A stretch of DNA of 64,000 bases, taken from contig NC_057719.1 in NCBI RefSeq assembly GCF_004010195.1, positions 59,965,410-60,029,409 on the forward strand, written 5' to 3'. The translations under genes and the position numbers were made by a program. Numbering within the stretch: position 1 is the stretch's first letter; the number at the start of each line of letters is the position of its first letter. A model generated the notes under the pieces. That model made no database searches, had not been told where the DNA came from, and saw only the letters and a list, made by a program, of their open reading frames with translations. Positions 1 through 13,687 of the stretch are shown here, one piece after another. Origin of the DNA: Chiloscyllium plagiosum. Its lineage: Eukaryota.

Positions 1-76
1 TAGGCTATTCAATTAATGAAGGCAGTACAATAAAACTCAATTTTATTCTAACTTGACATCCACATGCATCTTCGAA

Positions 77-553
77 TAGATTAGATTACTTACAGTGTGG
101 AAACAGGCCCTTCGGCCCAACCAGTCCACACCGACCCTCCGAAGAGTAACCCACCCAGACCCATTTCCCTCCTAATACTAACACTAGTGGGTAATTTAGC
201 TTGGGAGGAGAAAGTGAGGACTGCAGATGCTGGAGATCAGAGCTGAAAATGTGTTGCTGGAAAAGCGCAGCAGGTCAGGCAGCATCCAAGGAGCAGGAGA
301 GTCGATGTTTCAGGCATGAGCCCTTCTTCAGGATGCTGCCTGACCTGCTGCGTTTTTCCAGCAACACATTTTCAAGGCAATTTAGCATGGCCAATTCACC
401 TGACCTACACATCTTTGGATTGTGGGAGGAAACCGGAGCTCCCGGAGGAAACCCACGACACAGGGAGAACGTGCAAACTCCACACAGACAGTCAGCCAAG
501 GCTGGAATCGAACCTGGGACCTTGGTGCTGTGAGGCAGCAGTGCTAACCACTG
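77..553 (-). mobile_element. HE1-type tRNA-derived SINE, interrupted at 205-375
   Basis: (tagat)n tail, CR1-like 3' end (ggcccttcggccca), body ggaggaaaccggag...aactccacacagac, and tRNA-like head at ~500-553. Matches the copies at 16.1k, 23.9k and 41.1k. Confidence 0.9.
205..375. mobile_element. Palindromic Penelope-derived mini-element, family A, with antisense hammerhead core
   Basis: Starts gaggagaaagtgaggactgc. Inverted arms tgaaaatgtgttgctggaaaa.../...ttttccagcaacacattttca. Flanked by ggtaatttagcttgg (190-204) and ggcaatttagcatgg (376-390). Minus-strand core CTGAAGA-AGGGCTCATGCCT-GAAA at 308-331. Confidence 0.85.
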
Positions 554-644
554 ATCAATGTGCCACGGTTACTGCATGTGGGATCCTTGGTTGATGTACC
601 ACTTCTTAACCTAGGCTGTAGAAGCAATTGATACTACCCTAGTT

Positions 645-1290
645 CAAAAAATCAGAGTATGGTTACAGCAAGAAGAAGGTAATTTGGTCTGTAGAGTCTC
701 TACTCGCTCTACGAAGGATCAAGTTATGTATTCACTGGTTCCTTTTTAGATAATGATCCAATCCTCTTTTTAATGTCTCAGTTAACTTCCACCACAGCCT
801 CAAGTTGTGCATTCCAGACGCTAACCAGTTGCAGTATGAAGAAGATGTTCTTCATATCAGTATTGCTTATTTTGCCAAATACTTTAAATCTTTTGTCCTC
901 TTCTCAATCTTTCCACCAATAGAAGTAGTTTTCCCAAAACACTATGTCCAGACTTCTCATGATTTGAGTACCTCTGTCAACTGTCTCTTAACCTTCTGTT
1001 TTCTGTGGAAAGCAGTTCCATTTCTTCATCTTTTCTGTGTAACTGATATTATTCAACCTTGGAGTCATTCCTGTGATTTCCTTTTCTGCACATTCTTTAT
1101 TGCATTCACATTTTTTTCTAAAGTGTGGGGATCACAACTGGACACAGTGCATCAGTTGAGATGAAACCAGTGTTTCATACAAGTTTTAACATCACTTTCT
1201 TGCTTCTCGTAATGCCCCTCTATTTATTAACCATTCCATCAATCTGACCTGTTATGAATACCTAGGACATCTGTTCCTGCACCTCATTTA
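645..1290 (-). mobile_element. Highly decayed CR1 LINE 3' fragment
   Basis: Degenerate reverse match to the 3' region of the better-preserved CR1 copies in this window. Confidence 0.5.
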
Positions 1291-1439
1291 CAAATATAAG
1301 CAAGCTTTCCTTAATTAATTGAATTTGTCCCTTTTGCCTATTCATTTTGTTCCAAATGATCTTTCTAGAAACTTCTTCAGTACCAAGGTTGAACTTTCTG
1401 GCCACCGGTTGCTGGGCTTATTTTTGCAATTCTTTACTC

Positions 1440-1575
1440 TCAATTTTCTGCCTCAGAGCGCTGTGGAAGCTCCGGCTTTGGGGTAAAAGGCATTAAAGTT
1501 TTTAATCAGCTATGATCAGATTAAACACAGAGCAGACTTGATGGACTGAATGGCCTATTCCTGTTCCTGTGTTCC
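1440..1575 (+). mobile_element. CR1 LINE 3' tail fragment
   Basis: aatcagctatgatc...gagcagacttgatggactgaatggcctattcctgttcctgtgttcct is a CR1-type 3' end. Confidence 0.6.
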
Positions 1576-2249
1576 TCTTGCACCACCCCGAGTCTAAGGA
1601 AGACTGGAAAATTATGGCCACTGCCTCTGCAATTTCCACGCTCATTTCTCTCAGTATTCTTGAATGTGTCCCTTTGGTCTTGCTGTCTTAGCAAACTGAA
1701 GTGCAGAGAGTCTACACATTACTTCCTTATCGAGTTGAGACTAGCCGACTCAGCACAAATCTGGACTACTCCTGTGATTTGTTTTAAAATCATAAAGGTT
1801 TACTTTTCCATTCTATTTCCCTATTCAGAAATAAATGATAGCTGGGAGCCAGAAGCTGTGAGAGATCAGTCACATTAGCTGCTGTGAATGGAAAAACAAG
1901 TATGTATTTAGTTTATTAAGATATTGGCAGCATGTGTTCTTCCCCTCTCTTTCAAAAAGGAAGTGCAAATCCAAAAATGTACAGCATCTTCTCTGGCATT
2001 TCAGTTTAAAAAAAAAGGTGTAATGATATAAGTTAAGTGCTGTTGAGCTTTTGAACCACTGTAAAATACAACAATATATGCGTAAGTAACCATGAGAGTG
2101 AAATCACTTTTGCATTTCAGCATTCCTGGACTAACTAATTTTCCAAATCAATGGTAAATTGAATAGTTACAACAATTGGTTTGCATTGTTTTAATTGTGC
2201 TTTAGATATGGTCTTGAACTTGCTGAAAATAAGCAGCTGTAATAGAAAA

Positions 2250-2430
2250 ACTTAGAAGCATAGGAGATAGGAGCAGGAGGAGGCTATTCAGCCCTTTGAG
2301 CCTGCTCCGCCATTCATCTCGATCATGGCCGATTCTCCAACTCAACAGCCTAATCTTACTTTCTCCTCCGAACCTTTGATCCCATTCGCCCCAAGTGTTA
2401 TATCGAGTCATGCCTTGAATACATTTAAGG
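2250..2430 (-). mobile_element. CR1 LINE 3' tail fragment
   Basis: ggagcaggaggaggctattcagccctttgagcctgctccgccattc is the reverse of the CR1 3' end also seen at 54951 and 61170. Confidence 0.7.
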
Positions 2431-3049
2431 TTTTAAAAAGTGATAATAGAAGAGAGGCTGAGGGGTGATGATTTTGGCAGGTTGATGAAAAGTGAATAGT
2501 GGCAGTTAAGCCCAACCAAATCCTTAGAAGGAGATCTTGTAAAGAATTAGGGGCCCTATTTGCTTGTGCCCTGAATACCAATGGAGAGGCCTTAATCAGT
2601 ACGGTGTACCTCTTCCATAAAATGGAATGTGGCATACATACCTGTCTAGGCCCACAAATTTTGTGCAAACAAGCAATCTTGGCTGATGTTGATTATATAA
2701 ATTGCTAAACCTACCAACATCAAAAAAATGGACTGGCATCAGCCATTTAATAGAGATAATTAGCATTGATTGTTTAAAAATGCTGCAGAACCAGTGGCAT
2801 AATAAAATTAACATTTTATTTGCAAGTTTAGTCACGAAGTTCAAAGTAACTTAAAGCACAATTTTAAACTTATTTAAATGGATTTGCTGTTCCATCAAAT
2901 CAATCTTCGATCTTAGTTTTGGTGCTAAAATTGATCTGTGGTAGTGGTCTTTGTTTATTTTAAATTCCAATGTGGTGACTTTGATAGAATGCAATTGAAT
3001 TCTTCTTTTATATTTCTTTGTTTTAGTTCATGCTTGGAATATGGAAGTC

Positions 3050-3360
3050 ACTGGCAAGTGCAGCTATTAAAACTCACTCCTATTAACAAATGCTTGTTAC
3101 AAATGCTTGAGTTGCTTGTCATGCCATTTCAGAGGGCAGTTATGAATCACATTGGTGGGGGAAAAGGAAGTCACACTTCAGTCAGAATGGATAAGGTAAT
3201 TAGTAAACCAGTTGGGCTATCACAACAATTCACCTCAACCGCTGTTTCTGTTTTCTTTCCAGATTACTTTTTAAATTCAAATTCTCAAAACTGCCTTAGT
3301 AAGATTTGAATTTGAATTTTGATTAGTAGCCTCAGCCTCAAGAGTACTAGTCCAGTAATG
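3050..3360. repeat. Degenerate interspersed repeat (second copy at ~39270-39420)
   Basis: gccatttcagagggcagtta...taaaccagttggg resembles gtcagttcagagggtagttaaaagtcaa...gaaccagataggtttttac. Confidence 0.5.
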
Positions 3361-5937
3361 TGTAGGTAATCATATTACAGTGACTACATAGAGTGTAAAT
3401 ATGCATTGCATAGTGTTTGACATTCTGACAGTATTATCCGAATATGATGCAGGTGCTGTTGTTGTTGGCATATTTCTTTTCTTGTTCGGTGGTTCAATTT
3501 TTTCTTGAATAGCATCGATATCAGTCTGTATAAATTGACTTTTTAAATCTCAAAAATCCCTCCAAAAGCAGGGGTTAACTTATATGTTGATTAGCAAAAA
3601 TGAACCAACAGTGTGGGTGGTCACCAGCTTTGATGTTTGTCACACGGGGTCAGTTCTATGTGGGTGTGAAAATTGAGACGACTACTAATATGAATTTAGT
3701 ATGTTGCGGCTGAAAAATTAGAGTAGGGGTTTGACTGATGATGAGTAGATGTGAAAACATTGTTTATGGGGCAAAAAGTCTTGGGTCAATTTATATGCTG
3801 TGATCTATTTTATTTATGCCACCAAACAAGCTCAGTAAAGTCTGTACTTTATGGATTTAGTCCCTCAGCTGTGCTGCCTGTTTTTGCAAAGCCAAACTGA
3901 AGTATAAGTTATTGGAATGAAATCAATAGTTTTGCAACTGCTGTGGCTTTCAGTTCATGATTGTGAGCACGTACTGCACTGTACACTTAAGGCATGAAGT
4001 ATTTGCAGATCACACAGAGCATTAACACTGACCTCATTCCATTCAGCTTACTTGCCAATGGAAACTGTTCTTTATCATTGACAGAAGATAAGATTGGAAC
4101 ATTTTGAGTTTTGAAGAAAATACTCTACTAATTTTTATGCAGATGCTAATTACATGCAGGATTTTTGATCAAAATGTAAAATATGGAGTTGATCCATGTA
4201 CTAGGTGGAACCATATATGAAGCAGGCTATTCATATAGTGCAGTGCCAACAAAAAAAAAATCAGTCTTGCAGCCAAGTTTTTTTCACATATCTTTCATAA
4301 AGCTTAAATAAGGCAGCATTAAATAAGTATAATGACTGATTTTGCTGTAGTTTTCTACTTGCTTTCTAAGACTTTTAAAATACAATTTTGAATGTAAATT
4401 TCTCCTGTTAAAAACTGATGATAGACACCAGAAATTTTACCATAGATTAAGTAAAAATATTAAAAGCTGTATAACATTAGAATCTTTTAAAACCTTTTTT
4501 ACTGAATGTAATATATGCAAAATCTATTATTGATGGGGTTTGTAATCTTAGTTGAGATTAGAAAATTACAGCTATTACTGGTGACATTTGCCCTCTTGTT
4601 CCCTAGTCATTAAATCATTAATAACATTTGAATTATCTGGATTCAATGAGGGGAACTTTAAGATTAAAGTTTTTCTGTTAATTGTGATTGCATTTCATGA
4701 CTCCATTTTCAAACAATTCAGTTATATTGTTTCACTCGCTGAAACACAATACTGATGAAATCGCCTTCTGTGACTGTACAGTGTTTTTTTCTGCAAAGTA
4801 GAAACATCCACTCCACCTTTGTTGAATCCACCTTATTTTTTATCCTGGGGATACACACTGTGCCTAGACTGCAGGTGAATGACCAATTCCAGACTTGTGC
4901 TTAATACTAGAATGTGCATTACAATGAGTTGAGTCGAATATAAAACCTGGCATTTCACAAATTACACTTAGAATGTCGAACATTTTGAGTTCTGACTAAA
5001 ACACACTTTTATTGCATATAACTTTTTATTACATCATTCATACTAGGACCTGTGGTCAGAATTTTAAACCATTGGAGATTGGAGCTGGGAGACTGTTCAA
5101 TTTGGTGAGTGCAATAGGGTGCTCTGCTCATCACCTTCCTGCTACCACTGGCATTTCCCAGTTGCAGGTCAGGTAGAATGCAGTCTGCCTACCTTTACGT
5201 GAATTGAACATGTTCAGTGACCATTAATGGTATTTCACCAGTGGCGGTTGAGCCCTGTGACATTTAAGGAGTCCAATCTAGCAGCCTCGGTGCAGGCATG
5301 TGGAGGGTGGAGAGGATTAGTTCCTTCTGATTGGAACCTTATGGTTCACAGAGAGTTTCTCCAGTAGCAGCAAGTGTATCTCTTGTTGAAAGATCTCCTG
5401 CCCTTGAAATCAACCCAACTAATTTCCATATTTCTAGGATCAGCCTGATTGGTCCCAGCGTGACTTGAACCCATTTTCTGTATCAGTAGTGGCTGATTTG
5501 GGGACTTCTGTACTTCTAACTATGGGCACTACTCCCAGTGACGTTGTTGGGGTTGGAAAGTTGCTATCCCTATAAAAGATTGACATCTTTCTAGGATATA
5601 GAACATCAGCATTTCCAGAGCTCAAGCATAGGCTTCTCTAATTCTTTGATCAAAGCCTTCGTATAAAATGTAAAATTCAGCATTTCTGTTGTTAGTTGTA
5701 TTTATTCCATCACATTTATGTGCTGATTCCTAAATTATTTTAAATTATTCTTGCATGCATTTTTGACATAAAGGCTCTGACATCTGCCTGGAATTAAGTC
5801 AGAAATGGGTAACACGTGACCTGTGGAATCAGAATTTCAAGTTAGCTCTATTCATGACCTGTACTATCTTACCTTAATTTGAAAACTATTGGGTTGCAAC
5901 CCCACAAACCCATCCTGTGATGTTGGGGTTGTCATTA

Positions 5938-6095
5938 CTGAACAACCTCGATTATCCCAGCATCAATTATCCAAACTTCGGATTATCCGAACAAGATCTC
6001 AAGGTCCTGTAAAAACGTTATCAGTTATCTGACCAATCGGTTATCCAAACAAAATATTCCCTGCCCGTCTCATTCAGATAATCAAAGTTGTTCTG
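5938..6095. mobile_element. 158-bp Tc1/mariner (pogo/Tigger-like) MITE
   Basis: Imperfect terminal inverted repeats ctgaacaacctcgattatcc / cagataatcaaagttgttctg, TA on both sides (5936-5937, 6096-6097), and internal ttatcc(g/a)aac subrepeats. Confidence 0.8.
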
Positions 6096-7151
6096 TATAT
6101 GAACTAGGCAAAGTCTGAATTTCATCTCCAAGGCTATTTTTGTCATCATGTGAAAGATTATAGAAGCCGATGGGAATGCCATTAGGTAAATTTAATTTGC
6201 AATTGGGGAAACCTGCTGAAGATTCAGGAACCTTTTGACAAGTATGCTTTTTTTAAAAAAAGTCTTGCTAATGCCTCCCGTATCTACTCATATCTCTCCC
6301 CACTCCATAACTCCTATGCATCCTCTATACTCTCTTTTCCAATATTTAGTACATGTAGAAATAGGCTGTATAACTGTGACAAGTTTTTGAAATGCTCCTA
6401 AAATTGTTAAAACAAGCAAACAAGCATTGATAAGCTGTATTACAAATATCTTCTGATCTTATAATATCATAAAATTGTCAAATCAACCACAGCTTATCAA
6501 TGAATCAAACTTATTTATCATTAACCCTTTTTCAAAGCAATTGTGCTTATTGCATCAGTTTCAGGAGCAGTTCAAAACTTGTCAGCCTTGCAAATAGCTC
6601 AGTGATTCTGCAAAATCATACTAGGAGAGTGGGAATGGAGAATCCATAGAGTGGACATGTGTGCAGTGGATAAGGCCTGGAAGGGAAATGAGGCAATGAA
6701 AAGAAAAGGGGAAAAAAAATCTGGCTGGAGGAAGCATGGGACATGAAAGATATATGAAGGACATGGAAGGGTCAGGGAAATATGAGGGGTGAGGAATATG
6801 AATCCTAACAACCCCGTGCAGGATTGGAGCAATGCCATAGCACACTGAGAAGGATCTTCAGATTTAGCTTGCCATCATGCCTGTTTTGCCACCACATGCC
6901 TGCTTCCTGGTGTGACATTACTACCACCTGACCCTGACTCCTGAAGGCTTAAAAACTTGAGGGAGTTTCTTGACTTTTGGAAATCATAAACACAATGTTG
7001 GAAAATGTCTCAGCTTGTGTTTCCTCAGAAGGAAACACGAAAGGAAAAATCTGATCTGGATAGTTCAAAAGAGAATGGATTAGATGAATTTCCGTGAAGC
7101 ATTTTAGATAATCTAAAACTTTTATTCCAAAGCGGGCAAGATCTTTAACTA

Positions 7152-7276
7152 AAAATCTAAAGAACTGCAGAGGTTGGAAATCCGAACCAGAGATTGCTGG
7201 AAAAAACTTGGGTCTGGCAGCATCTGTGGAGAGAAATCAGAGTTGACATTTCGGGTCCAGTAACCCTTCGTCAGTC
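7152..7276 (-). mobile_element. Penelope 3'-end mini-element, family B
   Basis: Reverse match to the PLE tail at 63481-63577. Perfect 9-bp direct repeat ctttaacta at 7143-7151 and 7277-7285. Confidence 0.8.
7245..7274 (-). ncRNA. Minimal type-I hammerhead ribozyme core
   Basis: Minus strand reads CTGACGA-A-GGGT-TACTGG-ACCC-GAAA-TGTC. Stem II is intact; stem I is poorly paired; ACGT has decayed to ATGT. Confidence 0.6.
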
Positions 7277-8049
7277 CTTTAACTATATTATTAGAGCAAA
7301 CATTTTATTAATAGGCATCTATTGGACTAGAAGTGTACCAATTGATCAAATATTCTGACTGATCAAGAGGTCGATATAATCAGTGTAAGAAACATATGCT
7401 AAGTAATAGAAACATTATGCAGGGCGTACACAAATCATGGTTATATTTTATTTACAGCATAAATCACTCAAATAATAATGTATTCTTGCCTTTAAGAAAA
7501 CATGACAGCAGAGAGCCTTCTTATCCGCACCTTTTATTGACTATTTGGACATCACTGTAGATCACAATAATAGAGCAAACATTCGGTATTTCAAGTATAT
7601 AATTTTTGCCGATACATCGAGAGTGCCCGTTCATAATGTGCTAGTTAAAACAAAGTTTTCTGCAATTTGATAATCAAACAACGTGTTTATAGTCATTGAA
7701 CATATTGGACCAGTAGTGATTATTATTAGGGTATGACCATCTGAGCCTTTCAACCAAAGACAGTTGTTCAATGACATGTCATTTCCCAGTAATCAATTCT
7801 CTCTGGTACCATTAGTAGGGCATTAAATAATTCTCATTTTCAATGAACACAGACAAGTGAAACTTCATATTTGCAGTAAACAAGCTATGGCTAAGATTTT
7901 CCACTTTGCAGTCTCTGTGAGGGGGTGGGTGCCATCAGTGGTGACTGACACTCCATCCCCAACAACCAAGAAGCCTGCTGAATTGAGGTCCAACCATCTT
8001 GTTAAGGTTTTGACGGCCAAAATCTTTTTAAGAGCTCATCAGCAAGCCT

Positions 8050-8650
8050 CTCAGCAAATTGCAGGCCTTGATATTGAAATTCTGTTGTGCCAGAAATTGT
8101 CTGCCACTCAGAGGCAAGCAGTTTTGGGTCTTGGACATCATTGCTGAAGACCTTGTCTTCAGGGGATCCAATGGCGAGAAGGTAAATCTCTTTCAGGACT
8201 TTCTGGGTGGGGACCATTGGGACAGTGGGGTTTGAGGCAATCCTACCCCCAGTTGGCTCTTCTTGGCATTTCTCCAAGAGCAAAGAATTTAGGAATGTTG
8301 AACTCATTGGTACCTACTCAGCCCTATCTGTGATCGGCATATTCGCTCACAGCAAATGGAAGTGAAGATGCAATCACCTCTGGGGCCAAATGCACCTAGT
8401 CTTCTACACCGATTCTCTTAACAGCATGGCTCTTCAATGAGTCTCAAAGATGTCTATGGCACTTCTGATGGAGCATCTCCAGTTGTCATGATCTATGGTC
8501 TGTGTTTCCTGCTGGCAGTAGTCAACGTGATATGCTTCTTCAGGAGTCCTTGAAACAGTACCAAGAGGCCCTATTGTTCCACTGTTCGACCAGTGACCAG
8601 CTCGCCATGCAGTATGATCTTGGGCAGGTGACTGTTGTTCACCTTGTCAG
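8050..8650 (-). mobile_element. Decayed RTE-clade LINE 3' fragment
   Basis: Minus strand near 8300-8370 reads IFTSICCERICRSQIGLSRYQ, resembling the RTE C-terminal CxxCxRxCxSxIGLxSH motif. Confidence 0.5.
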
Positions 8651-9966
8651 TGTAACTAACAGAAACAGTTGTAGCTATTAATTTTAGTTTATCCTTAATT
8701 TCTGGATCTAGCCTCCATCTACTTCCTTATATTGCACCATTGGACTATGATCACCTACTGAGCTATGCTAACTTTGTGTCCTTTTATATGATTTCAGCCA
8801 ATAGTTTTAGTTTCTGATCTCAGTTTCACTCCTGATTGCCATGGCTGGCTAATTTCTCTTTACAATTGGAATTTGTCTCACAACACAAGCTGTGAAACTA
8901 CAGATTTGAACATAGCACTTTACTCTTTGGTTTTGTATGCTTGCCTGAGGAGTGTGTCTAATTTCCCTCCACCCCATACCCAAACCCCTCAATAACTGTT
9001 CTCTAATCGTGTCTTATTTCACAATGTTTATCAATCATTTAAATGATATGAATAAAAAGCTACATATTTTTGTTAATGAGGCCAAGATGGGTGGTATGGT
9101 AAGCAGTTTTAACAGAAGCATAAAATTGGAGATATTTGTAGATTTGTCCTCTTGTGTGGTTCCTCCTTTCCCATTATTTAATTTATAACCCTCTCCAGCC
9201 CAAGTTACAAGATTTGTCAAGATATTAGTCCCTGCATAGTTGATGTTAAGCTAATTCCAATGGAACAACTCCCTCTTTCTTCAGCACTGGTATCCATGCC
9301 CCATGAAGCAAAACCAATTCCTCCCACACCAAACTTTGAGTGTGATTTCAATTTCCTTTCCCTCTTTATTTTTTTGCTCTGTTTCCCTCATTGTTTACTG
9401 AAAATGTTCTTCATTACCATACAAATGAAGAGTTTCTACCTTGTGGTGAATTCAAGCAGAGATCCTTTTAAGTATCTAGATCTTTAACATACCAGGACCA
9501 CAAAACGGCAATTGTAAAATCACTCCTTTTATATTTCCTCCACTTTAAAACTTCAATTTTTTTTTCAGAAGTGATTCAAAATATATTTAGAAAAATGGCC
9601 ATGCAACAAAACCTAATAGCACAGTTATATAAGGTAGATAACCAAGACCACAGCTCTGGTGCCAGTCTTACAGAAGGCTACTAATGGCAAGGAAATGTCA
9701 CTAAAAACACACATGACACAAGTGGATTATGGGTTGGATTGAAGAAAAAAAGCATGCCTTTCTTCATTATCTCTACTTAAAGACAAAGCTAACAGAACAA
9801 TGAGTTGTCTTTAAAAAGAAGAGGCTTTACATACAGTAAGTATCATTTCCATGAGGGAAAAGATTTCCATGGTGTACTGTCTGGACTGTACCCATTCTAT
9901 GATTATAACCTGCATTGTTGCTGGATAATCAAAATCTAATAAGTAAGGAAAATTGCTTGCAAGTAA

Positions 9967-10113
<147 letters not shown>

Positions 10114-10429
10114 TGAGATATTCCTTTCTTTCTCAAGTTATTGTTCAGCTCAGCTTTCTAGCAGTATGGTTATATAGGTTACATTTGTGCTTTTATTATT
10201 TCAGACAATACTTCTTAAAACAAATTGACTTTAATAATGAGTTTTTATTATTTAAATGTAAATGTTTCTATTCTGTTGGTTGTTTGTTGTAATATAAACA
10301 ACTACATCAACAACTATACTTTCAAGAACATTTGGAAGTATTAGATACATGTACTTTTAATTTCCGTCATGCATTAAGTAATAATGGTAACATAGTTTTC
10401 AGCTTGAATGCAGGCCACCAATGATCCAT

Positions 10430-12268
10430 GTAATGAGCAGGGGATGAGCACATTAAAAATGTGGACCTTATTCAAGGAAAAGCTCCTGTGTGTCCTAGAT
10501 AAGTATGTACCTGCCAGACAGGGAAGAAGATATAGAACACGTGAGCCATGGTTTACTAAGGAAGTGGAATCCCTGGTCAAGAAGAAGAAGAAGAAGAAGA
10601 AGGCTAATGTTAGGACAAAACGTGAAAACTCATTTAGGGCGCTTGAGGACTACAAGGAAGTCAGGAAAGACCAAAAAAGAGAGCTCAGAAGAGCCAGGAG
10701 GAGACATGAGAAGTTGTTGGCGCATAGGATCAGGGTTAACCCTAAGGTATGTCAGGAATAAAAGAATGATGAGAGTTAAATTGGGGCCAATCAAGGATAA
10801 TAGTGGAAAGTTGTGTGTGGAGTCAGAGGAGATAGGGGAAGCACTAAATAAATATTTTTCGACAGCATTCACTATAGAAAATGAAAATGTTGGCGAGGAA
10901 GATACAGAGATACTTGCATTTAGACTAGAAGAGATTGAGGTTCACAAGGAACAGGTATTAGAAATACTGCAGAGTGTGAAATAGACAAGTCCCCTGGGCC
11001 GGATGGGATCTATCCTATGATTCTCTAGAAAGTAGGGGAAGAGATTGCCGAGCCTTTGGCATTGATCTTCAAATCATCATTGTCTCCAGGAATAGTGCCT
11101 GAGGACTAGAGGATAGCAAATGTAGTTCCCTTGTTCAAAAAGGGTAGTAGAGATAACCCTGGTAATTACAGACCAGTGAGTCTCACTTCAGTTGTCGGTA
11201 AAGTGTTGTAAAAGGTTATAAGAGATGGGACTTATAGCCATCTAGAAAAGAATAATCTGATCAGGGACAGTCAGCACGGTTTTGTGAAAGGTAGGTCATG
11301 CCTAATGAGTCTTATTGACTTTTTTGACAAAGTGACCAAACAGGTAGATGAGAGCAAACAGGTAGATGAGAGTAAACCGGTTGATGTGGTGTATATGGAT
11401 TTCAGCAAGGCGTTTGATTCCCCATAGTAGGCTATTATACAAAATGCGGAGGAATGGGATTGTGGGAGACATAGCAGTTTGGATCAGTAATTGGCTTGCT
11501 GAAAGAAAACAGAGGGTTGTAGTTGATGGAACATGTTCATCTTGGTGTCCAGTTACTAGCAGCGTATCGCAAGGTCGGTGTTGGGTCCACTGCTGTTCGT
11601 CATTTTTATAAATGACCTGGATGAGGGCTTAGAAGGGTGGGTTAGTAAATTTGCGAACGACACTAAGGTTGGTGGAGTTGTGGATAGTGACGAAGGATGT
11701 AATAGGTTGCAGAGAGACATAGATAGGATGCAGAGCTGGGCCGAGAGGTGGCAAATGGAGTTTAATGTGGACAAGTGTGAGGTGATACACTTTGGACGGA
11801 GTAATCGGAATGCAAAGTACTGGGCTAATGGTAAGATTCTTGGGAGTGCAGATGAGCAGAGAGATCTCGTTGTCCATGTACACAGATCCCTGAAAGTTGC
11901 CACCCAGATTGACAGGGTTGTTAAGAAGGCATACAGTGTTTTGGTCTTTATTAGTAGAGGGATTGAGTTCGGTACGGCCACACTTGGAGTATTGTGTACA
12001 GTTCTGGTCACCGCATTATAAGAAGGATGTGGAAATAAGACAGATGTCAGAGGTAGTTTCTTTACTCAGAGAGTAGTAAGGGTATGGAATGCTTTGCCTG
12101 CATCGGTAGTAGATTCGCCAAGTTTAAGTGCATTTAAGTCGTCATTGGACAGGCATATGGACGTACATGGAATAGTGTAGGTGGGATGGGCTTCAGATTA
12201 GTATGACAGGGCGGCGCAACATCGAGGGCCGAAGGGCCTGTACTGCGCTGTAATGTTCTATGTTCTAT
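10430..12268 (+). mobile_element. 5'-truncated CR1/HER1-like LINE in EGLN3 intron 2
   Basis: RT motifs KSPGPDGI, YMDFSKAFD and LGPLLFVIFINDL...KFANDTK. Contains stops, frameshifts, an internal deletion near 12035 and a (tatgttc)n tail. Confidence 0.95.
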
Positions 12269-13528
12269 CTGGATTAAAACCTGTTTGCTCTGACACTGTG
12301 TTGAAATTTGATTTTCATTGTGCAGTAGAAATCAGGAAAGAGATTAAGTTGGAGATTGCTATTGATGCTTTGTCCTTGCAAATTTCATAGTGGTCACCAC
12401 ACCTAATGATGGTGAAAGTTCAGGAACAGATTGTCTATTGTCGATGTGATAATCATGTGTATATGACAAAAGAAAGAAAGACAAAATGTGTTGAAACTCA
12501 ATGCCATTTTGATCAGTTGGCACATCAGTTTCATGAAATAACACTTTGTGAGCCTTCCAATTGTTGGCTGCCCATTTCTCACTTGCTAAATTGATGATCG
12601 ACATTTGTAAATTTGCCATTGCAAATATTTTCAAGTTTCAGTCAATGATCAAACAGATTTTTAAATGGACGGCCAACATTCTTGCCCATAAAAGGCAGGA
12701 AATTGTGTTCAGTATATAATTTAGAATTGCCTTTTGTAAGATCCTGACTGTACCTTTCAAGCTGAAATGTACAAAGCATTTTGTGTGTCTTTACTGCCAG
12801 TTCTATTTCTCCAGGTATTGAATGCTGTTGGAGACCTCCCCTAAAATTGTAATTTTCTGTTTCCTAAATTTTTGTGAGCAAGGAAGACCAGTATTGCAAC
12901 AATATTCCCCAATTGGCTGCTTGTTATCTGCTGCCCAGAATCTTTTATTGAACTCACCCCACTATCCCAGATATGTCTTGCTAACAGGCTACATTTTGTA
13001 TCCTGATGACTTTCCTCATTGAACTGACAAGCTGAAGTGATGTGCTCATTTAGCACCTGCAGCACACCAACAAATATTTACAATCCTGAAATTACAAGTG
13101 GTTTGAGCTATCGAATATTGTGTTGGCCAAATACATGGGCACATTGCCAACACCACACTATTCCTGAAAGCCTCCCCATTTAATTTGGATGTCAAGAAAA
13201 GATCAGGCTATTTTAAAAATGAAACCATATTGGCAATGGTTATACAATCAGGCTCTGTCTGATTTGGAGATCTGCCATCACTTGCTATGGCTGGTTACTC
13301 CTGTTAGAAGAAGTTTTGCAGTGTCCTTATTTTTTGCTTTGATCCTTGCCTTAATGTGTTCAATACTAACAATGTTGTATTTTCTATTTAAAAGCGCTAG
13401 TCGTTACTTTAGTTAACTTTCATCTGTTGAAAACTATTACAGCAAAGCTTATAACTTTAGTAACATACCTGAATTGTCTTTCCAGAGCTAATATTTCTAG
13501 CCATTCTGTCAAAACTTATTTTTTATAG

Positions 13529-13687
<159 letters not shown>

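Noticed and set aside
201..594. ORFs of 110, 74 and 92 aa
   Set aside because: They are chance frames across an HE1 SINE and a family A insert; the same peptides recur at other repeat copies.
3525..3810. Possible decayed pogo-type MITE (ggggttaacttatatg / gggtcaatttatatg motifs)
   Set aside because: Termini and TSD could not be defined.
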